Source: Octopus sinensis
Taxonomy: Eukaryota
Direction: 5' to 3'
NCBI RefSeq assembly: GCF_006345805.1
Contig: NC_043005.1
Location: forward strand, 35,278,001-35,342,000
DNA: 64,000 nucleotides
The notes under the pieces were generated by a model. The model searched no databases, was not told the origin of the DNA, and saw only the letters and a list, made by a program, of their open reading frames with translations. Each line of letters begins with the position of its first letter. The stretch's first letter is position 1. Positions 11,654 to 24,330 of the stretch are shown here, in pieces. The translations under genes and the position numbers were made by a program.

Positions 11654-12269
11654 AAAGAGACTAAGAGGAAGCGATTTTACGACGAGAAGGTTTCACTTTG
11701 AAATCGGCCCCTGTGTGTTTGATGGGGTGTGGGAGACAGACAGTATGTTGTGTAAGTGAAGTGCTTCTGTTAGTGTGTGTGAAGAGACAGACATACATAT
11801 ACACATACACCGAGTACATACATACATACTACACACACACACATACATAGATCATACACACACACACATACATACATACATACACCACACATCCTTACAC
11901 AACACACAACACACACACATAGATACATACACACACACACATACATGCAGACATACATATCACATACACCGAGTAAAAAATTACACTGAATCGACCATAC
12001 ATACATACACACATACATACATCCACATACACCATACATAGATACATACACACACACATACATGCAGACATAACATATACACATACACCGAGTAAAAAAT
12101 CAGTTATCTCTCTCTTTCACACATTACTCTCTCTGTCTCTTCGCACACACTAACAGAAGCACTTCACTTACACAACATACTGTCTGTCTCCCACACCCCA
12201 TCAAACGCACACAGGCCGACTTCAAAGTGAAACCTTCTCGTCGTAAAATCGCTTCCCTCTAGTCTCTTT
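11654..12269. mobile_element. Foldback/MITE-like element with 138-bp inverted arms
   Basis: Arms 11654-11791 and 12132-12269 are near-identical reverse complements; CA-rich interior with repeated ccgagtaaaaaat. Confidence 0.85.
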
Positions 12270-12667
12270 CGCTCATTACTTATGTAAAAAAATAAAAATT
12301 TTTTACGGAAATCGACGGAAATCTGATCTACGACATACGAAACTTCGCCAATTTTTTTAATTCGGAAAATGCAAGTACAGACATTACTTGTTCCGGTTCT
12401 TTACGTTCTGAGTTCGAACTCTGTTTTATCTCATCTATCTATTTGTGCTCCATAAAACAACAGTAACAGTTAAATACTGGAGGTCGATTGATCGACTAGT
12501 CCCCCTCCCCCCGCCGAATAATTTCATAATTGTGCCCATACTAAGAAAAAAAATTATATATTTTTAAAAGCGTTATATTGAATATTAAAGTCTGAACAGC
12601 CGGAAAGGTCACAGTTGGAAATGCTTCCATCATAGGTTTATTGGATGAGGGGTGACCGGGGCTTATA

Positions 12668-12880
12668 CGAGGGGGTACTGAAAAGTTCCTGGCTTTAAAG
12701 GTGTCGCGAAATACCTAGTTGGAGGCCCAGCCGTCAGACTTCTTTTATAGGGCTTAGAAAACCTGAAGGACCACAACATTAAGTGTGTGAATCTGAGAGG
12801 GAAATATATTGAATAAAATCATAACTGATCTTCCTGTATACTATTTTATACAAAGGTAGGAAATTTTCAGCATACCCTCG
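12668..12880. mobile_element. Non-autonomous mariner (MITE)
   Basis: TA-CGAGGGGGTACTGAAAAGTTCCT ... AGGAAATTTTCAGCATACCCTCG-TA; TIRs and TA target duplication. Confidence 0.85.
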
Positions 12881-13097
12881 TATAGAATTGTTATATAGTA
12901 TATATTGTAGAATATACATGGAATCGGTGGAGCATTACCAGTATTACCATTTATATACGTTTCTATGACACAAAACAAAAATTATAAAAAAAAAGCCTAT
13001 AAACCACATGGACCTTGCACTCATTAAAACAGAGGTGACAAACATTGTTTATACTTATCTAGATTCTATAATCTAGGTGGCATTATCGTGTGTGTGT

Positions 13098-13322
13098 AAG
13101 GCAGCGAGCTGGCTGAAACGTTAAGCACGCCGGGCAAAATGCTTAGCAGTATTTCGCCTGATTTTACGTTCTGAGATCAAATTCCGCCGAGGTCGATTTG
13201 CTTTTCATTCTTTCGGGGTCGATAAATTAAGTACCAGTGAAACGAATCACTGGGGGGTCGATATAATCGACTAGTCCCCTCCCCCCAAATTTCAGACCTT
13301 GTGCCTATAGTAGAAAAGCTTA
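13098..13322 (+). mobile_element. SINE family E, alternative 3' tail
   Basis: ggcagcgagctggctgaaacgttaagcacgccggg head, E body, tail actagtcccctccccccaaatttcagaccttgtgcc. Confidence 0.85.
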
Positions 13323-13532
13323 TCGCACGCGCGCGTGTATACACTTGCGTTATATATTCTGATCAATCTATATGAACATGTCCAGCTATATGAAACCTTA
13401 TTAAGCCACATACATTTATCCACCAATGCGGAGCGGAGCACTTATTTTCAATTTTCCATGTTAGCGTGTGTGTACACACATATATATTAAACTTTACCAT
13501 TATATACATATATCATTATAAACACAAAGTTT

Positions 13533-13563
<31 letters not shown>

Positions 13564-13575
13564 TTTGTGTATATA

Positions 13576-13606
<31 letters not shown>

Positions 13607-14065
13607 GTGTGTACATATATATGCACACACACACATATTTATCTATCTATCTATCTATCTATATATATATATATATACATAATTATAAATATGCACGTGC
13701 ACACACACACACACATATATATATACAATATATTCTTTTATTTGTTTCAATCACTTGACTGCGGCCATGCTGGAGCACTGCCTTATGTAGAAATATTTAT
13801 TTATACGTAATTGTAGATGCACATATCTAATAGAGATATCAATTTCTATAATGATATATACTTATGCATAATGATACACACACACACATACATACACACA
13901 TGTACCTATATATATATATATAATACAATATAATATGATATATATATGTGTGTAGACAGGAAAAGAAAAGAGAAATAAAGAAAGCATTGCTAGAAGCTTT
14001 TTTATTTCCCATTTATTTCATTTTCTACTTCTGGACTACAATTCTTCAAGCAAACTAAAACGCTC

Positions 14066-15035
14066 ATGCATGCATGCATACATACATACATACATACATA
14101 CATATACAAATATACACATATATATGCATATACATACATATATATACATAAAGATACACACACACACATATATATATATATGCATACATATACATACAAA
14201 TATACATATATATATATACATACATATATATACAAATATACATATATATACATATATACATGCATATATATACATGCATATATATATATACATATATATA
14301 CATGCATATATATATATACATATATATACATGCATATATATATATACATATATATACATGCATATATATATACATATATATACATGCATATATATATACA
14401 TATATATACATGCATATATATACATATATATACATGCATATATATATACATATATATACATGCATATATATATATATACATGCATATATATATATACATA
14501 TATATACATGCATATATATATACATGCATATATATATATATATACATGCATATATATATATATATACATGCATATATATATATATATACATGCATATATA
14601 TATACATATATATACATGCATATATATATATATATACATGCATATATATATATATACATGCATATATATATATATATATACATGCATATATATATATATA
14701 TACATGCATATATATATACATATATATACATGCATATATATATACATATATATACATGCATATATATATACATGCAATATATATATATACATGCATATAT
14801 ATATATACATGCATATATATATACATATATATACATGCATATATATATATAACATGCATATATATATACATGCATATATATATATACATGCATATATATA
14901 TATAATACATGCATATATATATATATATACATGCATATATATTATATACAGGCATATTATAATATATAGACATGCATATATATATATATATACATGCATA
15001 TATATATATATACATGCATATAATATATATAGACA

Positions 15036-15076
<41 letters not shown>

Positions 15077-15298
15077 ATATATATATACATACATATATGC
15101 ATGCATATATATATTATATATATACTTACATATATATACATGCATATATATATACATGTATATATACAGATACATAAATATATAAAATATAAAATTAAAA
15201 AATTTACAAATATACATACATTCATATATATATATATATGTATATATATAAATATATATATACATATATATATATACATACACACACACGCACACATA
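14066..15298. repeat. Long (TA)n array punctuated by CATG/CATATA
   Basis: Repeating units of the form catgc(at)nacata; source of the long I/Y/M/C ORFs. Confidence 0.95.
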
Positions 15299-16000
15299 CA
15301 ATGGCGCTGCTCCAGTATGGCCGCAGTCAAATGACTGAAAACTAAAAGAACGTGTCCCCCCCCACCGCAATGTCTTGGTGTATCTCCAAGTTAGTTGTTT
15401 TTTGAAGTTTGACCGGCACATTGTTCATGCTCTTGTTATTCAACCTCAAACCTCTCCCGAATATATATCCATGATCAGATCAAAGACATTCCAGTCTTTT
15501 AGTGTATTAGCACCGTCATTGTTCAATGCATGATTGTTTCTTTGTTGTTTTGTTTTTGTCTTTTTAAGACTGACAGTAGGTTGAAATTTCACGCAGATTT
15601 TGCTGCTATGTTTAGCAAGACTCGTCGGTTTATTTAACAAATACTAAATATTAACAATTCGTTGTTTTTGTCAATGTATGTGTATCCGTAGGTATGTGTG
15701 TGTTGTTTAGCATCAAGTCACCCTTAACGTATAGAATCTGATCAAAAGGCTCTCTAACCATGATCATCCTGTCTTTTGAAAGCTGTATGCAGGGTTACAT
15801 TATCCAGTGTGTGTATGTGTGTTTCATTCCTAAGAAGGAAGGATGTGATTTAGATGAGGCTTAGCTACCACTTCTAGTAGGTTGACCAGCCACGTAGTGT
15901 TTCCTTCGTGGAATCGTTTGTTTTTTTGTGTGTACATGTTTAAAAGACAATGCTGTTGGGTTACACAGAGAGTACACTAATTAATATAAACTGTAGGATA

Positions 16001-16100
16001 NNNNNNNNNNNNNNNNNNNNNNNNNNNNNNNNNNNNNNNNNNNNNNNNNNNNNNNNNNNNNNNNNNNNNNNNNNNNNNNNNNNNNNNNNNNNNNNNNNNN
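16001..16100. other. Assembly gap (100 N)
   Basis: Run of n. Confidence 1.
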
Positions 16101-16113
16101 GACAGAAAGAGAA

Positions 16114-16370
16114 GTGAAAGAGACAGTGAGTGGTGACGGTGTTCGTTTTGTGCTTTTAAATGTTTCCGAGTGGACTAAGAGAGAAAGAAAGAGAGTGAGA
16201 GAATAAGTGAGAGAGCGAGAGACAGTGAAAGAAACTGAGTGGTGATGGCGTTGGTTTTGTGTTTTTAAATGTTTCAGAGAGGAAGTAATAGAGAGGGGAG
16301 AGAGAGGGGAGTGGGTGGGTGAAAGAGACAGTGATTGGTGACGGCGTTCGTTTTGTGTTTTTAAATGATT
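16114..16370. repeat. Minisatellite, about 95-110-bp period, 3 copies
   Basis: gtgaaagagacagtga.tggtgacgg.gttcgttttgtg.ttttaaatg at 16114, 16225 and 16319. Confidence 0.8.
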
Positions 16371-16539
16371 ATCACATCGCAAGAGAAGTAGATACATATA
16401 CACATTGTAGAATCAAAAGGGGGAGAGAAGAGAGAAAGTAAGAGAGACAATAGATAGATAAATCCAAAGAAAAGTTCAGACATAGATACATGGACACAGG
16501 AAATATTGGCTGTCAGTTTTACTTTTCATTACCACACGA

Positions 16540-16660
16540 GGATAAATTAACTCATAAATGGCTGAGTACTCCACAGACATGCATAACATTAACGTAGTTC
16601 TCAGGGAGATTCAGCCTCACACAAAATATGACAAAGCTGGCCCCTTTGAATTACAGCTAC
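16540..16660 (-). mobile_element. SINE family B 3' body fragment
   Basis: gtggctgagtactccacagac...aacgtagttctcagggagattcagc matches 32645-33032. Confidence 0.7.
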
Positions 16661-16828
16661 AACTCGAGACATATATATATGAATATATTTGTGTGTGTGT
16701 GTGTGTGTGTGTGTATATAGCATAGGTTAGTTAAAACGTTTGCAATGATAAGTGTCGTGTGGTGGAAATAAACACAATTACCAAACTTTCATTCATAAAT
16801 CCATTAATTATTTCGTTCTTTTGCATTT

Positions 16829-17313
16829 CAATTTGTGCATTTGTACCCAGAAATTTTCAACAACTGCACGCCAGAAGGAATGGAAAAACGAGTAATTTTA
16901 TCTCCTATAAATTCTGACTGTCTTGCAATAAATGAAAAAGTTCTTAATAATATACCAGAAGCACTTAAAACACTTAAGCACAGATTCAGTGTCCTCCAAA
17001 AATGAAGAGGAGGTTCAGAACTATCCATTTGAATTCATAAACTCACTCACTCGATCCAGTATGCCTCCTCATCGCCCCAAATTAAAAGCAGGGGCTATTG
17101 TAATGCTGCTAAGTAATCTTTCGATCAGTCAAGGATTATGTAATGCAACTCGCATGAAAGTGCAAAGACTTCATGAACATTGTGTAGAGGCATCATTGGT
17201 AACAGGCTCCAACAGAGGTCATAATATGCAAACATTTCTCATGGCACCAGTTCACTGTTTACAGATGCTTACATTTTTTATGTTTTCCGTGAATTTTTCA
17301 CGGGTCTAGCTAG
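16829..17313 (+). mobile_element. Helitron fragment: PIF1 helicase pseudo-ORF joined to an intact 3' terminus
   Basis: LYPEIF...ILSPINSDCLAINEKVL / LSTDSV...YPFEFINSLTRSSMPPHRPKLKAGAIVMLLSNLSISQGLCNATRM (frameshifted); 3' hairpin ccgtgaa-ttt-ttcacgg then CTAG|T at 17310-17314. Confidence 0.9.
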
Positions 17314-17556
17314 TCATTATTATTATTATTATTATTATTTATGTTATTGCCTATTGCAATAATAATAATAATAATAATGTCTACATTGCGACTTCAGAGC
17401 AAAATCCATATCTGGACTGAAAGTACATTCATGCATCCATCGCAAAAAAAAAAAAATGTAGCTTCTTAGTGTTTTTTTTCCCTTTCTTTACTCTCTTACT
17501 CTCTTTAACCTTAAGTCCTCTCCTTCAAACACTCATGCGTCGAAACCGTCGGGAGC

Positions 17557-17860
17557 GACCATCATTTATGCCAAGTCCTCATCAATTTCTTCAAATATCA
17601 TTTGAAGTAAAAGTTAACAGTAGAGAAGGAGGTGCTGCCTTCTAGTCTCTTTATCAAAAGGTGGTCCACAGTGGCAAGCCTGGCGAGACTGAAGGGATCT
17701 ACTCTGAATATGCTTTTCTAAGCAGGAGGAAAGAAACTGGAAGAGGGCACTTTCCCATGCCTTGGGGATGGCAGAGTAATCCGGATTTTTTGTGTGGGGT
17801 TTACCCCAGATTACCATAAGAGGACTGCCCCGGCATTGGAGAGTCTATTTATCTACCTAT
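17557..17860 (+). pseudogene. Tx1/L1-type LINE ORF2 C-terminus plus 3' UTR
   Basis: LINFFKYHLK*KLTVEKEVLPSSLFIKRWSTVASLARLKG resembles the end of the element at 51905-53947 (FFTFHLRRKIGLE). Confidence 0.65.
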
Positions 17861-18057
17861 TTATAATTTATTTCTCTACTTTCTATTATATATCCTCTGT
17901 TATATCTTTTAATGTGGAAGTACCTCCCCTTGATCAATGGTAACCTCATATGTTTTTGTAACTGTTGTTTCGTTGCGTTTTTCTTTTGTTAATGTGTCAC
18001 TTGTCCTTCGAAATTGTCCTCCATGTGTTGGGGCCTTGTGGTCAATAAAAGAAATTG

Positions 18058-18277
18058 CTGGCAGAAACGTCAGCACGCCGGACGAAATGCTTATCAGTCT
18101 TTCGTCTGCCGTTACGTTCTGAGTTTTAATTCTACCGAGGTCGACTTTGCCTTTCATCCTTTCGGGGTCGATAAATTAAGTACCAGTTACGCACTGGGGG
18201 TCAATGTAGGCGACTTAATCCGTTTGTCTGTCCTTGTTTGTCCCCTCTGTGTTTAGCCCCTTGTGGGCAATAAAGAA
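18058..18277 (+). mobile_element. SINE family E
   Basis: ctggcagaaacgtcagcacgccgg...ccccttgtgggcaataaagaaa; preceded by a second E tail at about 17993-18055. Confidence 0.9.
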
Positions 18278-18283
18278 AAAAGA

Positions 18284-18321
<38 letters not shown>

Positions 18322-18747
18322 CATATCTATAGCCTCCAGAGCTAAGGTGTATCTTTATGGTGGTCACATTTAATGAATTAACACTTAATCTGCTAAAACA
18401 CCAGCTACATCCACTTCAAATCCCACTTTGTAGAGTGCACGTTGAATAATGCTATTTGGTGTATTTTATTTGAAAAGAGACAACAAACAGTATGGTCATA
18501 GACTGATTGGTCTTAGATCATATGCCTGTTCTAGTACAGTTGACCAAGGGTTAAATATCAACCACTTATGTATGTGTATATATATATATATATATTATTA
18601 TAATATATATACACACCACCGTAAAGTGAGTTTGGCGAAAGCCCAGTATTCAGATAGTGTACTTCTTCGGAAATACTCTAACATTACACCCTAGCAGGAC
18701 ATCCCCCTCTCTCTCTATATATATATGTATGTATATATATATGTGTA

Positions 18748-18800
<53 letters not shown>

Positions 18801-18843
18801 ATATATGTATATATGTATATATATATGTGTGTATATATGTGTG

Positions 18844-18892
<49 letters not shown>

Positions 18893-19703
18893 ATTAATAT
18901 ATATATGTATATGCACATACATTCTGTACGGTATTGAAAATGGACATGCATTGGACAAAATAGTCAGTATACACTAAGGCCTGAAGATAGTAGTAGTAGG
19001 ATCGGGATTGCCATAATTGGAATGCCTTTGATCGCAGCCACTCTAACAAGTGCTCTAACAAGTTTACACACTTGTATAACAACAACAACATATACCTGAC
19101 TGCCTAAGTTTATGAGTATGTATATATATGCATACATATATACAAACATGCAGTTATGTATTTACAATAAAATGAATAGAAAATAAATTTATGCCTTTTC
19201 ATTACTTGACTCTCCTTCAAAATGTGTGAGTAGGTGTATATAAAGTACGCATACAATACACGTATCTATATGTTTATGTACATACACACATGCGTTATTT
19301 CTACATACATTCTTTACAAATATACACAACTGTATGTATACTGCGTTATATAATAAACGGCAGTTAAAAACTTTCTTTTGCTTCGTTGGAATCCACGAGC
19401 ACGTGTGTGTGTATATATCCATATAAATGTTAATTTTGGGTATATTCATTAAATATTGTATAATCATTTTAGAGAAACATATAATATATATATATATTGT
19501 TGTGTGTGTGTGTGTGTGGTTCATATATGTTCATTTTAGGTAGATTCATTACACACACACACACACACACACCACATATGCATATAATATATATATATAA
19601 TATATAAGATATATGAATCACATGTGTGTGTGTGTGTTTCTCTTCGTGTGTCGGTATTATATGTTATTTATGTATATGCACATCTCTCTATATATACTTG
19701 TAT

Positions 19704-19752
<49 letters not shown>

Positions 19753-19756
19753 CAGC

Positions 19757-19880
19757 CGAGGTTGCTAGGATGATCTGGTTCTTGACTGATGACTGGGGGC
19801 TTCGAATGTCCCGTCCTGTGGTTCTTGTGTCGTCTCTGTGGTGTTTCATGTTCTTGTCCATGTCTGTAATTATTTTTACT
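19757..19880 (+). mobile_element. Short Penelope-like-terminus repeat between TA microsatellites
   Basis: CTGATGA at 19786-19792 followed by a pyrimidine/T-rich tail, same style as 36574-37739; no valid GAAA. Confidence 0.35.
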
Positions 19881-19887
19881 GTTTACC

Positions 19888-19918
<31 letters not shown>

Positions 19919-20158
19919 TCATATACGTTCATTTTATGTTTATTCATTATATATGTATATACAAATATACATATAGAGATATACATACATACATACATAT
20001 AAATACACGCACACAAACATACACACATATATACACACACACATACATAATGAAACTTGCTTAAAGGGTTGTAAACACAGGTTAGAATTATTAAGAAACA
20101 AGGTCGATTTTTTCGATCTTATCATCAAAAGAAACACAGGCATAATAATAATAATAGC

Positions 20159-20200
<42 letters not shown>

Positions 20201-20249
20201 TATTATTTTAGTATTACTTTTGTACGACAATTAAATCAGATAAATCCAA

Positions 20250-20423
20250 TAATCTTTTTTTACCCTAGGCACAAGGCCCGAAATCTTTGTGGGAAGGGGG
20301 CCAGTCGATTAGAGCGACCCCAGTGCGCAACGGGTACTTAATTTATCGACCCCCGAAAGGATGAAGGGCAATGTCCACCTGGGCTGATTTTGAATTCAGA
20401 ACGTAGAGAAAGACGAAATACCA
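20250..20423 (-). mobile_element. SINE family E, degenerate
   Basis: gggtacttaatttatcgacccccgaaaggatgaagggcaa...ttgaattcagaacgta. Confidence 0.8.
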
Positions 20424-20819
20424 GTTCAAAAATGTTTATCGCACGTGTTTTGCGATGATGTCCTCCAGGAAGGAGGATGTTGAAAGCGTTTTCAGTACAC
20501 CTTCCGAATTTAAGGGAAGGAGAGGGTCTTGCGTCTCTGCCACTCCCTGTTCCTAAAATTATGCAACACTCACTCACACACCCGGCGTCGGATCACAAGG
20601 TGTGTTTTCAATGCATATGCTGGATACCTGTGTGTTTGCGTATTTGTGTGTGTGTGTGTGTGTGTGTGTGTTTATTTTGCAGTAAACCAGTATTTATGGT
20701 TAACTTTTTTTCATTTTTAAGGACAGCATCCTGGGATAAAGCCACGGCTATTCGACTTTGATGTATATCTACATTGGCGAGACTTTGTACACATGTTTAC
20801 TCTAATAAATTATGAAACA

Positions 20820-20849
20820 GTTAAATATATATATATGCATACATATATA

Positions 20850-20891
<42 letters not shown>

Positions 20892-20932
20892 TGCATATAT
20901 ACACATACATATATATATACATGTATACATAG

Positions 20933-20965
<33 letters not shown>

Positions 20966-21371
20966 TACACACATATGTACATATATGCACATACATATGC
21001 ATATATACATATACTTATATATATACATATATACATATATATATATACAACCATATATACATATATACACATATATATATACATATATATATCACACATA
21101 CATATATGTATATGGCACACACACATATATACAAATATGTACACACAACACACATATATACATATATATATATACACATACTATATATACATACATATAT
21201 ATACATACATACATACATCTATATACATACATATACATACATATATATATACATACATATACATACATACATACATATATATATATATATATGCAAAATT
21301 AGTAAGCTTCGGATTTTTTAAATATGCTAAGCCACTGGTTTTAATTGATTAATATCAATTTCTAACCCTAT

Positions 21372-21415
<44 letters not shown>

Positions 21416-21460
21416 GCATATATATACATATGCATATATATATACATATGCATATATATA

Positions 21461-21529
<69 letters not shown>

Positions 21530-21654
21530 ATATATATACATAACATACATATATATACATACATATGTATACATGCATATGTATACACATATATATACAT
21601 ACATATATATATACATGCGTATGTGTATGTATATATATATATTATACATACATA

Positions 21655-21686
<32 letters not shown>

Positions 21687-21798
21687 CATACATACATACA
21701 TACATACATACAAATATACATATATATATATACATACATACATATATACATACATATATACATACATACATACATACATACATACATGCATACATATA

Positions 21799-21833
<35 letters not shown>

Positions 21834-21851
21834 TATACATGCGTATGTGTG

Positions 21852-21886
<35 letters not shown>

Positions 21887-21960
21887 TACTATATATACAC
21901 ACACACCTATATATTACATACATATATATATATATATACACACACACACGCATGTATATT
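20820..21960. repeat. TA/TACA compound microsatellites
   Basis: Direct reading. Confidence 0.95.
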
Positions 21961-23185
21961 TACACTTTAGTTATGTCCAAACGAACATGACACAACACTT
22001 CGGCATCATCACATTTCTACAGCCGCGGCTTGGGTGGGGGGAGACTTTACATATCTGGGTCGAAGCGTGTGTTTAGCTAGCTGGTTGCCTTTTAACGCCA
22101 ATCTACCTGTTGAGACCTCACTAGCATTATTATTATTATTATTATTATTATTATAATTATCATTATTTTTTACCTATTATTAATCTTTCTCCCTCTCGCT
22201 CTCGCCTCGCACGCACGCACCATACATACATACCTACATACACACATACATACGTACAAGCAAACAAAGCCTTTCTCCTAACTTTCCAAATTCTTCCACT
22301 CCTGAACCCCCCTCTGTAGTTAACCCCCGTAGCCACCACAACCACAACCACCACCACCACCACTACCACCACTACCACTACTACTGCTGTTACTATCGTT
22401 CCTTTTAAGCTAAGATTATTATGTACACATTTATAAAGATAGCTTCGCAAATAAATAAAAGACCTGTTCGGGAATCCAAACGCCTATATGTACACCCATT
22501 ACCCATTTTCTTTGTAAACACTGTCGTAGAAACAGACACATGGACAGTTCAATGCACACATACACACACACACACACACACGTGCGCGGGAACTTAATAC
22601 ATGTGAGCGAGAAGAGAAGAGCGGTGATGCAGAATTCGTGCAGGGCACAATTGTCGGTGCGGTGTGCATTTTTTAAAGTTGCAGGTAAAAACAGAATTAC
22701 AGGTTCATAGGTAGAAAGAAATTACAGGTAAGAGTTGTGTGTAGAATCAAACAGAAATGACACACGTACAGACAGACATCACCTGCACCGGAAAGCCAAT
22801 AGGTCAAATTGTTAGTTTTGCTGGTGTTGGGGTTTTGTTGCAGAAGGGAGGTGGTGGTGGTGGTGGTGGTATTTTGTAGGATGATGGAGTTTCCGAATAG
22901 CTGTCCCTTCGAAGTCCCATACCGGATGGAAAAACAGAAAACGGAGGTAGTTCTTTTGACAACAATTTTTCCTCTTGTTAAAGCACTTCCGATACCTTGG
23001 AGACGGTAGAATAACCCGGAACTTTTTGTATAAGGTTTTCTCCGAATCATCCTCGTTCCATTAACTTCACTACGGGAGATTTTGTTTGTTTGTTTGTTTA
23101 TTTATTTTTTTTATTTATTTTTAAGTATTCCTGTTTTTCATACATTGAGAAGAGTCTGAAAGATTAGCTGAATCGCTTACACTTA

Positions 23186-23480
23186 TCATGTATACATGCA
23201 TGCATGCATGCATGCATGCATGTATGTATGAATGTATGTATGCATGCATGTATGAATGTATGTATGCATGCATGTATGAATGTATGCATGTATGTATGTA
23301 TGTATGCATGCATGTATGTATGTATGCATGTATGTATGAATGTATGCATGTATGTATGAATGTATGCATGCATGTATGTATGCATGTATGTATGTATGTA
23401 TGTATGCATGCATGTATGTATGTATGTATGCATGCATGTATGTATGAATGTATGTATGTATGTATGTGTGTGTTTGTGTG
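23186..23480. repeat. (ATGC/ATGT/ATGA)n tetranucleotide mosaic
   Basis: Direct reading. Confidence 0.95.
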
Positions 23481-23796
23481 TGCATGTATGTGTGTGTACG
23501 TATGTGTTTATGTATGTACATTAGTGTAAGTATATATATATATATATATGTATGTATGTGCTCATGTGCAGGTATGTATAATTTATATGTAGGTGTGTAC
23601 ACATACATACATACATACATACATGAAAACACAAAAAATTTATAAACGTAATCGGTTCAGTAGAGAGAAAAAAATTGAAAGAAAGAAAAGTTTTTCCGGA
23701 AATTATCTCAGAAAATACTTTTACTTCTCATATAGTTTCTCCGAAAGATTTGCGAGACAACTACTACTATTCCTAAACTCCATGTGTGCTATGTTG

Positions 23797-23828
<32 letters not shown>

Positions 23829-23889
23829 GGTCACGGTAGTAATTGCGTGTATAGTTGGTGGTTGTGACATTAAGTGTTAAAAATGTGAG

Positions 23890-24330
23890 CGTTATTGTTT
23901 AGCCCTCGGTCAGACCTATAACCAAAGTCAATTCTAATCGTGATCATCACCAACATTTACGGTTACCGAGAACTACATTATCTAATGCACCCTTCTTTAA
24001 TTTTTATAGAGCAGGGTGTAATTTGAGAGATTTGGTTGCTATTTCTAGCAGAACGTAGTAGTTGTTGTTGTTCAGACCTAGGTCAGTCCTAGATCGAGCA
24101 AGCCCTATAACACAATCAAACGACTCTATCATCTCTCACTTGTACAGGTTTGCTCGTCCAGCGCAAAATTGTGGAGGTATACTTATCTTCTTATTTAGTT
24201 GTTGTTAGTGGTTACAAATGCGACTGTTGTTGTTGTTTAACCCTAGGTCATCTCGTCTGCTTTTGTTAGATGTAAGCATCGACTAAATTATTCCGTGTCG
24301 TTTTCTTTTTCAAATACTGTAGGGTGATCA
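23890..24330 (+). mobile_element. Cluster of degenerate LINE-3'-tail-like repeats
   Basis: gttgtt(t)agccc.(a)ggtcag motif at about 23895, 24068 and 24232; related motifs at about 15700 and 59085. Confidence 0.4.

Noticed and set aside
13466-15421. Long ORFs (up to 442 aa) of I/Y/M/C/H, and similar ORFs at 20793-22076, 33356-34459, 56032-56997 and 58197-58865
   Set aside because: They are translations of TA/TACA/TGCA microsatellites that lack stop codons by composition; no domain content.
16114-16370. Repeat-spacer-like pattern (also 26385-26900 and 61047-61397) as a possible CRISPR array
   Set aside because: Eukaryotic context, diverged repeats, low-complexity spacers and no cas genes.
19786-19815. 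CUGAUGA...UUCGAAUGUC as a complete hammerhead
   Set aside because: It has GAA rather than GAAA, no 10.1-11.1 pair and no stem I; kept only as a low-confidence repeat.
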